A stretch of 60,278 nucleotides of DNA, the filler included, from Diploschistes diacapsis (Eukaryota): the NCBI GenBank assembly GCA_023645945.1. It is 5 parts of 5 records of this genome, joined end to end, with 100 filler letters (N's around TTAATTAATTAA, not from the genome) between each part and the next. Parts side by side here need not be neighbours in the genome. Positions count along the whole stretch, not along the records: positions 36,270 to 48,228 come from JALAIB010000778.1; positions 48,329 to 60,278 come from JALAIB010000779.1; 3 more parts are not named here. The stretch is one strand, 5' to 3'. The position numbers and the translations under genes are program-made. Of this stretch, positions 36,634-49,585 are shown piece by piece. How positions within the stretch are numbered: position 1 is the first letter of the stretch; each line of letters begins with the position of its first letter. The notes below the pieces were generated by a model. The model saw nothing but the letters and a program-made list of their open reading frames with translations, made no database searches and was not told the origin of the DNA.

Positions 36634-37035
36634 ACGTGTTTCACCACGAAACGGAACACACCACCAAGCAAAACATTATATTATAATGTAATTACGTTAG
36701 ATGGAGCGCTTCTATACTTAGTTTAATTTTTTAATTTTAAGCGAGTTTTTGAGCTAAATCTGTTTCATACGAAGCCCTATAACTATATATTAAATTATTT
36801 ATACGAAAACGACGATAAAACGTTGTTAAAAGAATTCCGTATCGGTTATTAATTTATCGTACGGATTTTATATTTTTTTAATTATAAAGCATATAATACG
36901 AAAACGATTCGGCCTTCTTAAATATTTACAATAAAAAATGTTATCGTACGAAAAAAAAATATTATGAAATACTTTACGAAGGTGCAGGGATTATGTTCCG
37001 CTTGGTGGTGTGTTCCGTTTCGTGGTGAAACACGT
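36634..37035. mobile_element. Internally deleted pogo/Fot1-type TIR element (402 bp)
   Basis: 43-bp TIRs (36634-36676 and 36993-37035, 2 mismatches) starting ACGT, each with an internal direct repeat (CACCAC...GGAACA x2); AT-rich RIP-like interior. TA present on the left flank only. Confidence 0.8.
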
Positions 37036-37220
37036 TGTTTGAAATCTACGCTCCCAAATCTACGACGTTTGTTGCGGAGCCTTATTTTGTTGCCAGGCCT
37101 CAGGCATTCTTCTCCTGTACTTCATAAACGAATTTCTGACAGTGCAGAACCCTCTTTGCTACCTAATGCACAAGAGTTTCTAGGCTGTCGGAACCTTTAA
37201 TGATTAGCATAATTGAAATC

Positions 37221-40200
37221 ATGAATGCATCACAACAGTCAGTCTCGTCAAGGGATACAATAGCCAAGGCATTCCATGAGGTAAGCCTGCTGGCTTGTTT
37301 ACATATCATCCAATGTAACAGCTACAACCACAGTTAAAACCAGTCTGTGTGAACCTCAGTCGTGTAGCTTTACGTTACAAGGGGAAAGCAGCTAATGCGG
37401 CAGAGCTCCTGACAACATTGGGTGAACTATCCGGCATTCTTGATGGAGTTCCTTTCCTAAACTCGAAGCTTACCGCCTATGTCTTCTTTCCGTTATCCCA
37501 TGTCTTCTATGAAAGTTTCTCACTACCTTTCAAGGTAACAGCAGTGGCTTTCCATTGTTTAGAATTGATCATAGACCGAGCTAGGGAAGAAGAAGAAGAC
37601 GTTGATCTCATCAAACAGCTACTTAAGCTAATTGCTGTTCATCTCGTACAATGTAAACAGGAGCTTGAGAGTCAAGATTTATTGCACTCAGTCCTGAGCT
37701 GCTTGGAGACACTCGCTCAAAGATATCGACATGCAGTTCACCACGCATGCATGCTGGATTTGGAGGGCATGAAGCCAGTCATCGGTCAAATACTTGATTC
37801 AACACTCACAATGGCACATTCAAGTGCCATGTCAGAAGTACAGTTTAAAGCGGTGCATTCGATTCAATATCTTATTGTCGCCATAGGTGAACAGAGAATG
37901 TTACGAGATTTCTTTCCTGGCATTGTTTCCCAGATAACCAAAATATTAGAGCCAACCACGCAAGTGAGAAGATCGTTCAGGGTTCTTGTCCAAGCTCTGA
38001 CTGCTATCATGAACTTGTTCCAGACAGTGCTCAGAAAACACAGCAATTCACCTGAACCAGCTAACATTACCAAAAACTGGGGTGAGGCGACCTCGTCTCA
38101 AGTTTTTCTTGCTCTCAGGCGAATGACGAAATTACAATACCATGAAAAACTTGAAGTTCGAAAGACACTAGCTTTACTTTGTTTTGTTGTATTAGAAGAA
38201 TGTAGCATGATACTTCAGGATTGCCGCTCCATGATGCTCGAAACTGCAATGCTCATTTGTTCGGAAAAGGACACGTCTGAGATGCGTTTCAGATTCCAGC
38301 AGCTTGTCCGCTCCGATCTTGTTCTTACGTCCATGTGTAAGAGTCTATGTCATAACTGGTTATCCTCTTTGCCGCGAATATTTCAATCGAAGAAGAAGAA
38401 ATCATATGAGCGTCAGATAGCACGAATTGGTGTCGGGTATGGCATTCTTGTAAAGTCTCATGTCCACGTTGGTACTTTAGGGGAAACTTTTACAGAAAGT
38501 CTCAAAAATAGCCTCGAAGTGGTTTTTAAAGACTCAGGCCCACAGTCGCTCGCTTCGTTCCACAGTCTACATTTGACTACAGGTGGTGCGACTACAGGCA
38601 TGGAGTTTATGGGGTTTATGGGTGCTATTGATGATCATCACTACTTGGAACAAGATGCCCTCTTGAGTACATCAGACCTGCACTCGCTGGAACATTTGCT
38701 CCTAATGATCCAGCCACTGCTCTCTCAGCCAGAGTTGAATATGTTGTTTCTGGATTCAATCTCATCATTGCCTCGGAGAAACGAGGCAACGTCTCTTTGG
38801 ATTTTGGCAAAATTGCTTCGTATCAGAAAGACCGGGTCCCATGCTGGCCAAAGGCTACCGACACATAACGGGGCGGACTTTTTCCAGATAACCTGTAATG
38901 ATATCGCGCTTGATGGAGCATTGAGCACGCTTTCCGGTCGCATACTAGACACTAAAACCGACTGGCGGGCCAAGGTCCTGTCACTTGAAATCCTCGCCCT
39001 ATTGGCTCAAAACCAAAGGGAAGAGTTTAGAGCCACGCTTGTGGATTCACTTTATCCTATGGTTAGGAGTCTGGGTTCGAGGAACTCGGTGATTAGGAAA
39101 TCTGCGATGAGAGGCCTGGTGTCTGTTTCCGAGGCTTGCGGGTACATTGATGTGGGCGATATGATCATTGAAAACGTTGATTACCTTGTGAACGCTGTTG
39201 CGTTGAGGCTCAATACTTTCGACCTTGACCCCTGTGCGCCACAAGTCTTGGTGGTGATGATTGAATTGAGTGGTTCTGCCCTGATTCCCTGCTTAGACGA
39301 CATACTCGACTCGATCTTTGCAACCTTAGCATCCTATCATGGGTACCACCATCTGGTTGAATCTCTTTTCTCCGTCCTTTCATCGATAGTGAACCAGGCA
39401 AGCGTCGCCTCTGGAGCCCAACGTATGTCGGCACTGACGCACCAAAGAGCGGGCTCCATAGAACTGAAGTTGGATGAAACCATATCTAAGCTAGATGCAA
39501 TGGATCACTGTATAGGGTCAGCTATCCCTAGTGATCTCGACTTCAACGAAGATGGTGACATCCACACCGCTACAATGAAGGACGAACTTGTACATCAATC
39601 CCAGGAACCAGCAGCGTCGAGCGACACCCCAGTCGATGTCTCCAAGACTTACTCTACCGTTCAATCTATTGTTCGACTTTGTCAACATTACCTCACTCAT
39701 GAGGACGCTCAACTTCGGCAACAGCTGCTGAACCTCGTGGCAACAGGTTGTTCAATTTTGTCTCGGAATGAAGATGAATTCCTGCCTCTAGTCAATGACA
39801 TCTGGCCAGTCACGATTCAAAGGTTATTTGATGAAGAACCCAAAGTGGCTGTGGCTGCAATGCATGCGATTTCAAAGATGTCCGAGGGTGCAGGCGACTT
39901 CCTCGCCTCCCGTGTAGAAGACCAATGGATCGCTATTCGCACTCTATATTGGCAGCTGGCAACGAAGGCTTCAGCGGTAGCATCTGTGGATACAGCCGGA
40001 AACCTTTCTTCTGTTACAAGGCAAATGCATGACAGCATTGTCAACATGCTTGCCGACCTTGCAAATCATGTACGTATCACGCCAGACATGGAAGACGATA
40101 TTTTTGCTATGCTTGGTGGTATTACAACAGCACATGATCGTTTTGAAGCATCGCTACGACGTCTGAACGATGATGCTCTCTGGCTGACGCTTGATGCGCA

Positions 40201-40264
40201 ATCCTTCCACAAGCCGCCTCCCATATTGGAGGGCTTCAGCTATCATGGTGTGGAGATGGATTGA
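37221..40264 (+). CDS. TTI1: TELO2-interacting protein 1 (TTT complex HEAT-repeat PIKK co-chaperone); intron 37281-37333
   Basis: AFHE|LKPVCVNLS, YVFFPLSHV, FFPGIVSQITKIL, IIENVDYLVNAVALRLNTFDLDPCAPQVL, FLPLVNDIWP, AGDFLASRVE. Confidence 0.85.
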
Positions 40265-40407
40265 TCATTCGATCCAAGGTTGTCGTCCAACAAAGATGTA
40301 CTAGCTGATTTGGGTAATATGGATTAAGCAACCAAGAGCACCCGGCCTTGAAAATCCCGAACGAAGGTGTGCGCAAGGATACTGACGTTGTGAACTCGCT
40401 GGAACCC

Positions 40408-42290
40408 TCAAATATCCACCACTTCCAGCTCAGCCTTGCTCAACCAAGCGTCGTCGCCTTTTTCGCTCTTCAAAGAGAATTCATGAATACTATCTATCAA
40501 GGCTGGTACGAAAGTTCCTGGGCCCTGAACGCCAGGCTTTCTGGCCGCGTGCTCGGCCGCGAGTTCAAATAGTAGCATGGCCGCAATTGCAGCTAATAGC
40601 GTGTCGTGCCTCTCAACAGCAGCAAACGACGCAATTGTAGTGCCCTGATGAGACAAGTGATGTTAGTTTCTGATGTTGACAGCATCACTCTTAGAATTTA
40701 CCAGAGTGCAACCGGTTCCAGTAACGTGACCAAGATAATGGTGCCCGTTCTTTATTGCGTATGTTCTCCGCCCGTCGCTTAGATAGTCTACCTCGCCGGT
40801 CATCACCACAACGTTCCTCTCTCTCTTGGCAAGCTGCTTTGCAAGCAATGCCTTCTCCTCATGAGTAGAGGTACTTTGGCTGCTATCGACCCCTCTCTGC
40901 TGCCTTGTGTTCACCCCATACACCACCTCAAGCTCGCTTTCGTTACCCTTGATGATATCGAAATATCCTTCGTTCAAAAGTTGCTTGACGGTTTCACGCC
41001 TGAGTTTCGTAGCTCCGGCGCCTACTGGGTCAAGCAGTGTGGGTCCGCCGACGGCATTGTAGGCCTGGAGTGCCTGAATATAACTCTTACGAGTATGAGG
41101 CTGCACGGTTCCCGTATTGATGACAAGACAACCCCCAAGGCGAGCCAAGTCTGCCGCTTCGCCACCGTCGGTGGACATGATGGGCTTAGCTCCCCTGCTT
41201 TCATTTAGAACAACCATTTCCGCCATTGCTTTGCACCTACACAGCAAGGGCAACATTGGCCGCAAAGTTAGCAACCACATGGTTGATCATGTTGCTGTTG
41301 ATTGATCAGAAACCGAATGCACAGGATTCGCTTGGAATATACAGACTGCGATAATGGACCGGTTTCCCTGACCCTTTTTGCCAATCGTGCCGGTTGGGAT
41401 ACAAGGGCAACAACATCTCTAAGCTTATCTTCACACCGTCGCTCCGCGCTGAAGGCCGGCGGTTGTCCGAGAAGCGATTTTAACTCACTTGCAGCGTCCT
41501 TTGGACGCTCTTTCGCTATTATTGCGCTAACTACCGCAACCCCATCCAGCCCACGAAGAGGTGCTCTGCATTGCTGTGTTACTCGTTGAACATTAGATGC
41601 GTTGATGCCCCCTATTGCGACGGTGGCTACTTGTTTTGAACCTGCCAATGTCGTCAAGTGTTCGAGCACCGTTCGTACACCAACTGTTCCGATGATATGT
41701 TTGGTATCGGTTTTACTGCAAGGGTTCAGCTCGTACAACCATTCGTCAAAGAGTTCTTTCTACGTTGCAGTTGCAAATACTGTTCCAATGCCAAGATAAT
41801 TCGCACCTTCCTCAACTGCAGTCTCGGCCTCCTGAGCCGTAGCACAGGTTACTCCAATGATTGCATTAGGGCCAAGGAGCCTTCTCGCGGCAACCACACC
41901 TAACAGCATGATCAGCTGATGTCCGAGATTGCGTAGGCGAGCATTCGAGTCGCTCTCACTAATATCATCTTGACCAAGATGCACACCCTCGGCGCCAATG
42001 GTTAAAGCAATATCTACGCGGTCATTGATGATAAGTGGGACTCCTAACGACTGGGTAACTCCGTGCAGTCTCTCCGCAGCTTTTTGCAGGTCTTTCGAGC
42101 TACTCGTCTTGTCACGAAACTGCACCACAGTCACACCTGTAGGTAATCAGAGAATTTTAGAGAATTAACGAGGAGTATAGGATTGGTTACCTCCTTCAAT
42201 TGCTTGACCCACAACGTCCACTAGATCCTTATGGCCTAGGATGGGCTCGCTGGAGTCGGTAACAAGATAGAGCGAATAGTCAACAAACAT
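40408..42290 (-). CDS. THI6: Bifunctional thiamine-phosphate synthase / hydroxyethylthiazole kinase, multi-exon
   Basis: MFVDYSLYLVTDS, VVQFRDK, PLIINDRVDIAL, GVHLGQDD, YLGIGTVFAT, VAIGGIN, TLLDPVGAGAT, IIKGNESE, VTGTGCTL, GPGTFVPALID. Confidence 0.93.
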
Positions 42291-43223
42291 GATGGTGCTG
42301 AGGTGGTCTAGTTCAAAAGTTAAGCTGGGTGTGATCGACAGTGGAAGTCTTGCAACATAATCCTGGTCAAATCGTTGAACTACCGCAGTATCGAAGCTGC
42401 TCGGGCCAATATCTTAAACTTATGCACTTGACTCCTATATGGGGTACGAGCCTATAGAAAGGGGGAGAGGGTTGAGTGCCTTGTTGAATGTTTCTAACTT
42501 ATGTCAAGGTTCACAGGTAAGAGGAAGCTCAGCAAAAAAAAGGGGCTTTTGCCACTTGTACCTTTCGTCTCCTATGTGAACCAAAAGTCTTGTATATCTT
42601 TGATGTCGGTGAATTTTTCGAATTTTTCGCTAACTTTTATATCGTGCCACGTTATTTCAGGCAAATTTTTTGAGGCTTTATTACAGATATGTTTTTGCTG
42701 GGTCACGACCCCTGTTCTGGAGCCTCAATAGCTCTAGGATTCGTTATTTACTTGTGAGGGCTGGTAGGGGATTGAAATGGATACTGTACCCAGCACCTCG
42801 TTTCAATGGCGAAAATATATTCTTGTCTCGCACCTGTGTCCCATAATCTAGTAGCTCGAGCATCGGCATACTTTGTGTACGACTTGGTAGCAGTAAGTAC
42901 CAGTAGTTTCATGTACCTAGTGATTAGTAATAAAGTAGATAAGCCCGCGCAAAAGATTTCCCGAACCCTACAAAAAATTCTTGTCTTTGTTATGTGGGTA
43001 GTAGATCAGTGACACCGCAGCACCAGTTCAGTTCGGACTGTCTACAATCCAGATTTCGACTCCTATATAACAGGCCACCAGCTTCGATTCCACAGCAAAA
43101 TTCTCTTTCGCTTAGCAATACTCTCGCTTCGCTTTGCCGCTTCAACCCCTTACGTGGTGTTCTCAAAGCAGGTAGTTCGAACGATCCTCTCCATTAAACC
43201 GGCAACAAAGTCGTCCAGGTTTT

Positions 43224-43325
43224 ATGTATTGTCGACAGGTTCATAGGCATCCACCGCCGCTCGAGCTGCAAACATTTCGCACTCCGCGAAGGCCTTGCAG
43301 CTTCTCAACGAGATCCAACGGTTAG
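43224..43325 (+). promoter_or_regulatory. Upstream ORF in eIF5 leader starting at a poor-context AUG (TTT-ATG-T)
   Basis: ATG 43224-43226 in TTTATGT, 33 sense codons, TAG 43323-43325 if unspliced; second weak uAUG CAT-ATG-T at 43381; main ATG in strong AAG-ATG-G context. Confidence 0.7.
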
Positions 43326-43471
43326 GGCTAGAAAAGGAAGTTCCCGGAACTACTCAGTACTCTGGCGTTTGTCATAACATATGTCTTCTGTGCTTCGTGT
43401 CAACATACTCAGACAGCACTGATCGTGAAGTTCCTCTTATCTCTACAACCATTTGATCATTCAATAGCAAG

Positions 43472-44901
43472 ATGGCTACTCTCAATATCCGGCGGGTATG
43501 TGCGCTGACTTACTATGACCACTATCATCTAACATTTTCAGGATGTGTCCGATCCCTTCTACCGCTACAAGATGGAGAAGCTTGTCTCCAAGATCGAAGG
43601 GAAAGGAAATGGTATCAAGACCGTCATAGTGAATCTGAGCAGCGTTTCCCAGTCCCTAGGACGACCCTCAGCATGTGTGCTCCATCTCTACCACTTTCCC
43701 CGCCCTTCGCTGATATGAGACAGATGTTATCAAGTACTTCGGGTTCGAACTAGGTGCCCAAACCAATACCAACCCCTCCGACGATCGCTGGATCATCAAT
43801 GGCGCTCATGAAGCTGCGAAGCTGCAGGATTATCTCGATGGCTTCATTTCCCGATTTGTGCTCTGCAAGAAATGCAAGAATCCCGAGACAGATGTCGTAA
43901 TCAAAGATGGGCGGATCCTCTTGGATTGCAAAGCTTGTGGGCAGCGCTCCGATGTCGATCTACGCTTGAAACTAAGCTCTTTTATCTTGAAGAATCAGCC
44001 GAAAAAGGGAAAGAAAGATAAGAGTGACAAGAAGGCCCGCCGTGCCAAGACGAAAGATAATGGGGACGCCGAACAGAACGCGAATGGACATGCGGGCTCT
44101 CCTGCAAGCAACTCCGATAATCCTGATGAGGAGGATGTTGAGGTGGGCGCGGAAGCGGCAAGTGATGATGAACTTACCCGACGCATCAATGCTGAAGCAA
44201 AGGACTTGGACATCAGTGCCCCTATCAAGGATGAAGAATGGGCGGTAGATGTTTCGGAGGAAGCCGTCAAGGCCCGTGCCAAAGAGCTTCCTGGTGAGTT
44301 GAAACAGAAACTTGCCTTCGAGGAAGATGAGGATGTCGAGGGCGAAGGTGGCGGCAACAGCGCTTATGACCAGCTTGGTAGCTGGATCATCACTTCTGCC
44401 TCACAGCAAGAGGAGGGTGTTGGAGCTCTCGACAACGTGGAAATCTACGTGAAGGCCAAGGAGCTCGGCATCGAGAACAAGCACAAGACCCTAACAGTCC
44501 TCGCTCAAACGATTTTTGATCAGCACATTGCAAGCCAAATCCCGAAGCGCGCGGGTATGCTCAAAAAGGTCGGTTTTCAGATCCTTCCCCTTTTTTATAG
44601 GTCTAACATACCACAGATGCTAACTACCGATCGACACCAAAAGGCACTTCTTGGTGGCACCGAGCGATTCATCGGGAACGAGCATCCTAACCTTATCCCG
44701 CAGGTTCCAAAGGTTCTTCTTGCATACTACCAAGAGGACTTGGTTTCGGAAGAGGTGCTGAAAGCTTGGGGCACAAAGGCTAGCAAAAAGTACGTCGATA
44801 TTGCTACAAGCAAGAAGGTTCGCAAGGCCGCCGAGCCCTTCCTTGAATGGCTCGAGAATGCCGAGAGTGATGAGGATGACGAGGATGGAGACGATGAGTG
44901 A
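43472..44901 (+). CDS. TIF5: Translation initiation factor eIF5 (three introns)
   Basis: [50 protein letters not shown], Zn ribbon CKKCKNPET...CKACG, W2 domain ending [12 protein letters not shown]. Confidence 0.97.
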
Positions 44902-45361
44902 GGTGCCCGTCGAACTTGGTCGCGCCCGTCTTTGCGAAAAACACCACAACCTTCACCCAACAACAGATTGAATCCTGCACTGTTCTTGCAACTTGTTCAC
45001 CTAAACTCTACCCCAATCCTTTAGTAAATTAAAGAATGCCACTGCACTGCTTGGCCTATCGAACATGCACTGATTTTCTCTTTCGGTTAGACCAGGCGAA
45101 TTGCACGAAGCGGCCAAGTGCTCTTGGACTGGCAATGTCGCGAGTGATTGTAGATGCCAAGCTATTTATGTCAAGGAGATTGGTGAGAGACTACGACTGT
45201 AGTGCGATTCATTTTTCCCTTGTTCGTGTCTAAATACAAGCCGTTTCGTGAAACTTGGTGACCCTATCTAACTGCGCAATGCGGAGATGCGAGGATGGCT
45301 TTGATGGAAACTGAGATGTTGGACGCGTCCCAAAGAGCTCTGTGTAGATATCCAACATCTT

Positions 45362-47076
45362 TTAAGCTGGAGTTCCGGATGCTGTCTCGGCTCCCTGGTC
45401 CGCATTCGGCACGTAGAAGGTGGCTATCGCGATGATAAGGTAGACCAGTATGCAGAGTGAGCCCTCCAAGTAATTGGACTCCCGATCTCGAATGAAGTTG
45501 CCGACAACCAAAATCGACAGAATGAGGAGAATGACCTGGAAGGACGAGAAGCTCAGATCCTTTGGAAGACTTTGTTAGCCATTGATCTCAGCTCGTTATT
45601 TCGCCATATGCTCACCATGCTCTTGTCCATTCCCCAGCCCACCAGCACCACCAAAGAGGAGTTGAGAAGCGCCGTCTGTAACGTGGAGCCTAGAACGTGG
45701 GACAGAGCGAAGTTCATCTTCGGACCTCCGATTAGTATCGAGTGTACCCCAGAAGTTGTTGGACATTATACCTGGTTATCATAGGCCTCTTGAACAGCAC
45801 CCAGATGTTCGGCAAGTTTTTCTGAGATACGCGTCAGGCGGCTGAACCTACGAAGGATGGTCAAGAAGCAATACATACCGACAAGGGGAACCAGGATGAG
45901 GCCCATGAACATGTCGCTAATGTTGTTGTTCTTGACTATGGGATCGATACTTTTGACTATTGTGTTCCATCAGCAAATTCGGCTCCTCATGATTCGCGTA
46001 GGACGCTTCGCACCGAGGAAAACGGCATGCATCGAGACCAGAGCGAGGGCGATCACGAGAGCTACCAAGCACTCGGTCAACGTTAACTTCGAGTTTTTGA
46101 CGTCTTCGGACTCCCTATCCTTCGTATCTTCTTGCTCTAGAACCGCATCGAATAGGCTGTGATGTGTCCGCATCTGGAACCAGACATAAAGGGCAAAGGC
46201 AACTAGAAGGATTATCGAAGTAGCTCTTGAGATCTTGAGGATCAAGCTTTCCAGCTCGTCACGTCCTATCGTTCCCTTCAGCGCTTCAGACGGTTAGCTG
46301 GGAAAGGACGGGTGCAGAGAATGCAGATACCAAAAGAAAAGGCACATGGGATGGCTAAGCCAAAGCCGGCCGTCAATAACAGACCACTGCCGACCTCGCT
46401 TATGACGCCGTCAAACTGTTGTGATTCATAGCGGATGCCTCCAACGACGAAGCAGGCTCCAAGGCACAAGAGCATGTTTGCTAAGATAGAACCTAGAATA
46501 GCGTCTCGGATCACATTGATCAAATTGTTGCTGATCGTATCCTGCTTTAGCAACACCATTAACAGGATGATTTCAACGATGGAGCCTAGAAACGTCTCGA
46601 ATATGACGCCTGCCAAGATTAGTCAAAGAGAAATCCCCCGAGGCGACGCAGATGGAAAGCATACCCAGCACTTTTGGTAGCTTCGTAGCAAGCTGCTGCC
46701 CAGCAAACCCAATCAGATTGGCTGTAGGGACCATTGCTACATAGTTCAAGGCGAACACTGGTACCTCCAAGTCCGGCCTGTCCTGCCCTACTTCGATGAA
46801 GTATAGGGCAATGGCTGCCGGGACGGCAGGCCAGAGGATGTTGACAAACGTAGTAATGATGGACGAGCTTCGGAAACATATCCTGAGGAAGTACCAAGGG
46901 TGAAAGCCTCTTCTGTGACTCTCACCAGCAGGGTTCACACCTCGCGGTAGATGACGATGTGTAGCCACGTAGAGGCTCCTCCTTCGAGGTTTTGGACCTG
47001 TCTGAGAAGGTTCTGGCGCGCCCGGTTCGAAATCTATGTTAGTTGTGTTGAACGACTCGAGACGCGAGTCCGCCAT
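45362..47076 (-). CDS. VCX1: Vacuolar Ca2+/H+ exchanger (CAX family), multi-exon
   Basis: NILWPAVPAAI, MVPTANLIGFAGQQLA, ETFLGSIVEIIL, ILGSILANMLLCLG, FQMRTHHSLF, MNFALSHVLGSTLQTALL, SNYLEGSLC; TATATAAAA about 40 nt upstream of the ATG. May be a CAX paralogue rather than the strict orthologue. Confidence 0.88.
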
Positions 47077-47437
47077 TCTGAATTAGGGCCCGATACCACC
47101 AGTTGAAGGGTTTTATATAGAGCAATCCTGGCCTCAAAGGAAAAGGAGTGACCACTGATTGAGCGGACAAGAAGGCTGCTTCGGCTATGGACAATCTCAC
47201 ATGCTTTTCTACCTGTAGGCGATGTGAAAGAACATTTGATCGACTAGATACACGAGAAGCGACCAGAAGAGCAAAAGCAGGCCCTGGGCTGGCGGAGGCC
47301 AAGAGAGATTCTTCATTGGATGTCGAAAAGTCTTGGTAGAACTAGTCATATGCGGGCAGTGAGACATAGTACTAGATAGTAGTAAATAACTGCCACAACT
47401 GTAAGGTAGTAGGTACGACGAGTGCAATATCTCTGTA

Positions 47438-48228
47438 GAGTGTTGCCCCTAGTAACCGAGCGGACCCTAGTAACCGATCATCCATAAGCGCTTTTTATAC
47501 CCAAAATGCCCTTCCCTTTTTCATCCATTATAAATTCCATATATTTTTTTATTTTTTGTTAATTTAAACCTAAATACTCTCGATAATGAAAATGTTCTTA
47601 TCGAAGCGAAAATTTAATCTTTCCCGCTGTCGTTCCGTGAAATCGTTCGGCGCAACGGCGTCTCTTTCTCCTTCTTTTTCGATAAGCTTGATGGCCGTTT
47701 TAAGAAATCTGCTGACTATTAATCGTAATAGTTTTTGATTATTAAGTAAGAGAATGTTCTCGCGAGGTATATGGAGCGTTTATAGGTCGGAAGATTTTTT
47801 ATTTCTATCGTAATATTTAAAAATTTAACGACGGAGATCTAGAATGTTTCCGAATTAAATAATTAACGTTAATTAGATCGTTATTGGTCGTAACGTTTTT
47901 TAAAAAGGTATCTAGAATTAAGTATAATTTAGAATAATTTTCTTTTAAGTAAGAAAACCGACGTCGCGGCGTCGAGAATTTTACGTCCGTTTTTGGAACG
48001 TCTTTAAAAATTCCGCGTCTAATACGACGTTATTTTTAAAAATATTTGGAATATAGACGAAAAAAGGATCCAGCTCGGCGCTAAAAAACGTACGAAAGTC
48101 GTCGTATATATCTTTTATCGTTAGGCCGATCGTTAGCGTTTAATCGCGGGTAATCGCGATCTAACGACGATAATCGAGACGATCTCGATTAAAAAGAAAT
48201 AGCTTTTTTTTTTTTTAAAGGTAAAGAA
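47438..48228 (+). mobile_element. RIP-mutated pogo/Fot1 DNA transposon, 5' part (truncated by contig end)
   Basis: TA followed by a TIR with internal repeat CCCTAGTAACCGA x2 (Fot1-like); ghost transposase with HTH-CENPB-like *ENVLARYMERL, WS*RFLKRY, and DDE-entry motif NIWNIDEK at 48041-48064. Confidence 0.85.
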
Positions 48229-48328
48229 NNNNNNNNNNNNNNNNNNNNNNNNNNNNNNNNNNNNNNNNNNNNTTAATTAATTAANNNNNNNNNNNNNNNN
48301 NNNNNNNNNNNNNNNNNNNNNNNNNNNN
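48229..48328. other. Artificial 100-nt contig spacer
   Basis: N-run containing TTAATTAATTAA. Confidence 0.97.
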
Positions 48329-49585
48329 GATGAAGATGAAGATGAAGAAGATGATGAAAAAGATGTGGGTATGTGTGCTGGCTGCCCGGGTTATATATAT
48401 ATATCGGGCACCACGCGCTTGCCTTTTTTTTTTCTCGCCTTTGTTTTTTTCCATCTTGATTTTTGGTCAAGTGGGTGCGTTGTTGGTACTTGGTCGGTGG
48501 TACGGTGTGGGCATGTATGGCTCGGATCGGACCGGACTGGAGGATGCATTGGGGATGCGTTTTGATTCAACCAAGTCTACCTAATTAACGGCTGGCTCAT
48601 ACCCTCTCCCGTGCAATATCAAGGCAGCAGGGGCGGAGACCGTCCCCGTCCTAATACCGTTTTTGTTTTCGTTTTCATCATTATCGCCGTCCCATACCCA
48701 GTACCCTAACTCCATTGACTATGAAGCCCCATTGCCCATAAGAAGCCCCTACCTGTCCGCAGAGGATAGCTGCAGTAGTAGGCGCGGTGCTCGAGGGGCC
48801 TCTCTGTCCCACGCTTTTCGTTCTTTTGCGTTTTGTCGACCTCGTCCCTCTTCGGCCAAATCTGTACTCTCGATATTTCGTGCCCGGGGGAAAGGGGAGA
48901 ACAGAGTACGGCGACCGCGAACATGTCTCCTGGCTCGAGCTTGAAAGGGGGTGGGGCGATTGCAACGAGCAGGGCGTTGGGTCCAACGTCTGGAGACAAA
49001 GGCTGTCGATGCTCGATGAAACGGACCTTGACCAGAGTGAATTCTCCAAGATCGCACGGCTATCCAAACCCAAGACCAGTATCACCCCAGGGGTAAGTGA
49101 GAAGCCCTCGTCACGGTCCACCAGAACTGCGGTTGAACTCGTTGTCAAATCATCCCTATTCTATTACTTCCACTGTCTTTTTTTTCCCCCCCCCACCAAG
49201 AGCGCCCGGGAACCAAAAAGCCACCCAATAACATAAAGTCGTTATAGTCCGTGCACGGTCCGATAAATTGCTTGCGAAGTCTCAACGGAGAGAATTCTAG
49301 GCAGAAAGAACGATTGTGAAAGCAAATGCTCAATCCAATGTCGCGCTCGATATGCTGGACCCAGATTGAATCGGTCGGTTCTCTAAGATGGGAACAAGGC
49401 GAAAATTCCTAGGTCCGGCTATGCGTGGCGACTATTCGTACAGAACGGCAAAATTGAGTCGTTAAAAAATCAAAGTTTGCGCTTGCCCCCTTGGGGGGGT
49501 TTTTTTTTTTTTTTTGTCTCTTCGCTCAGAGACGGGGGAAACCCCCCTCTTTACCATCCGTCTGACGGTGTGATGGACGAAATAC

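Noticed and set aside
20511..37221. Giant element inserted between glycogenin and TTI1, or a centromere between them
   Set aside because: The AT-rich block is a separate contig; its flanks are not real neighbours.
40408..42500. TPP riboswitch in THI6 introns or leader
   Set aside because: No TPP aptamer pattern recognised and the introns are short; an Infernal search with the TPP model would settle it.
42430..43068. 11-bp direct repeat GACTCCTATAT as a target-site duplication
   Set aside because: No terminal inverted repeats inside; may be chance or TATA-like promoter sequence.
48663..49236. Overlapping 90-155 aa ORFs
   Set aside because: No recognisable motifs; likely 3' UTR or intergenic sequence downstream of the TF.
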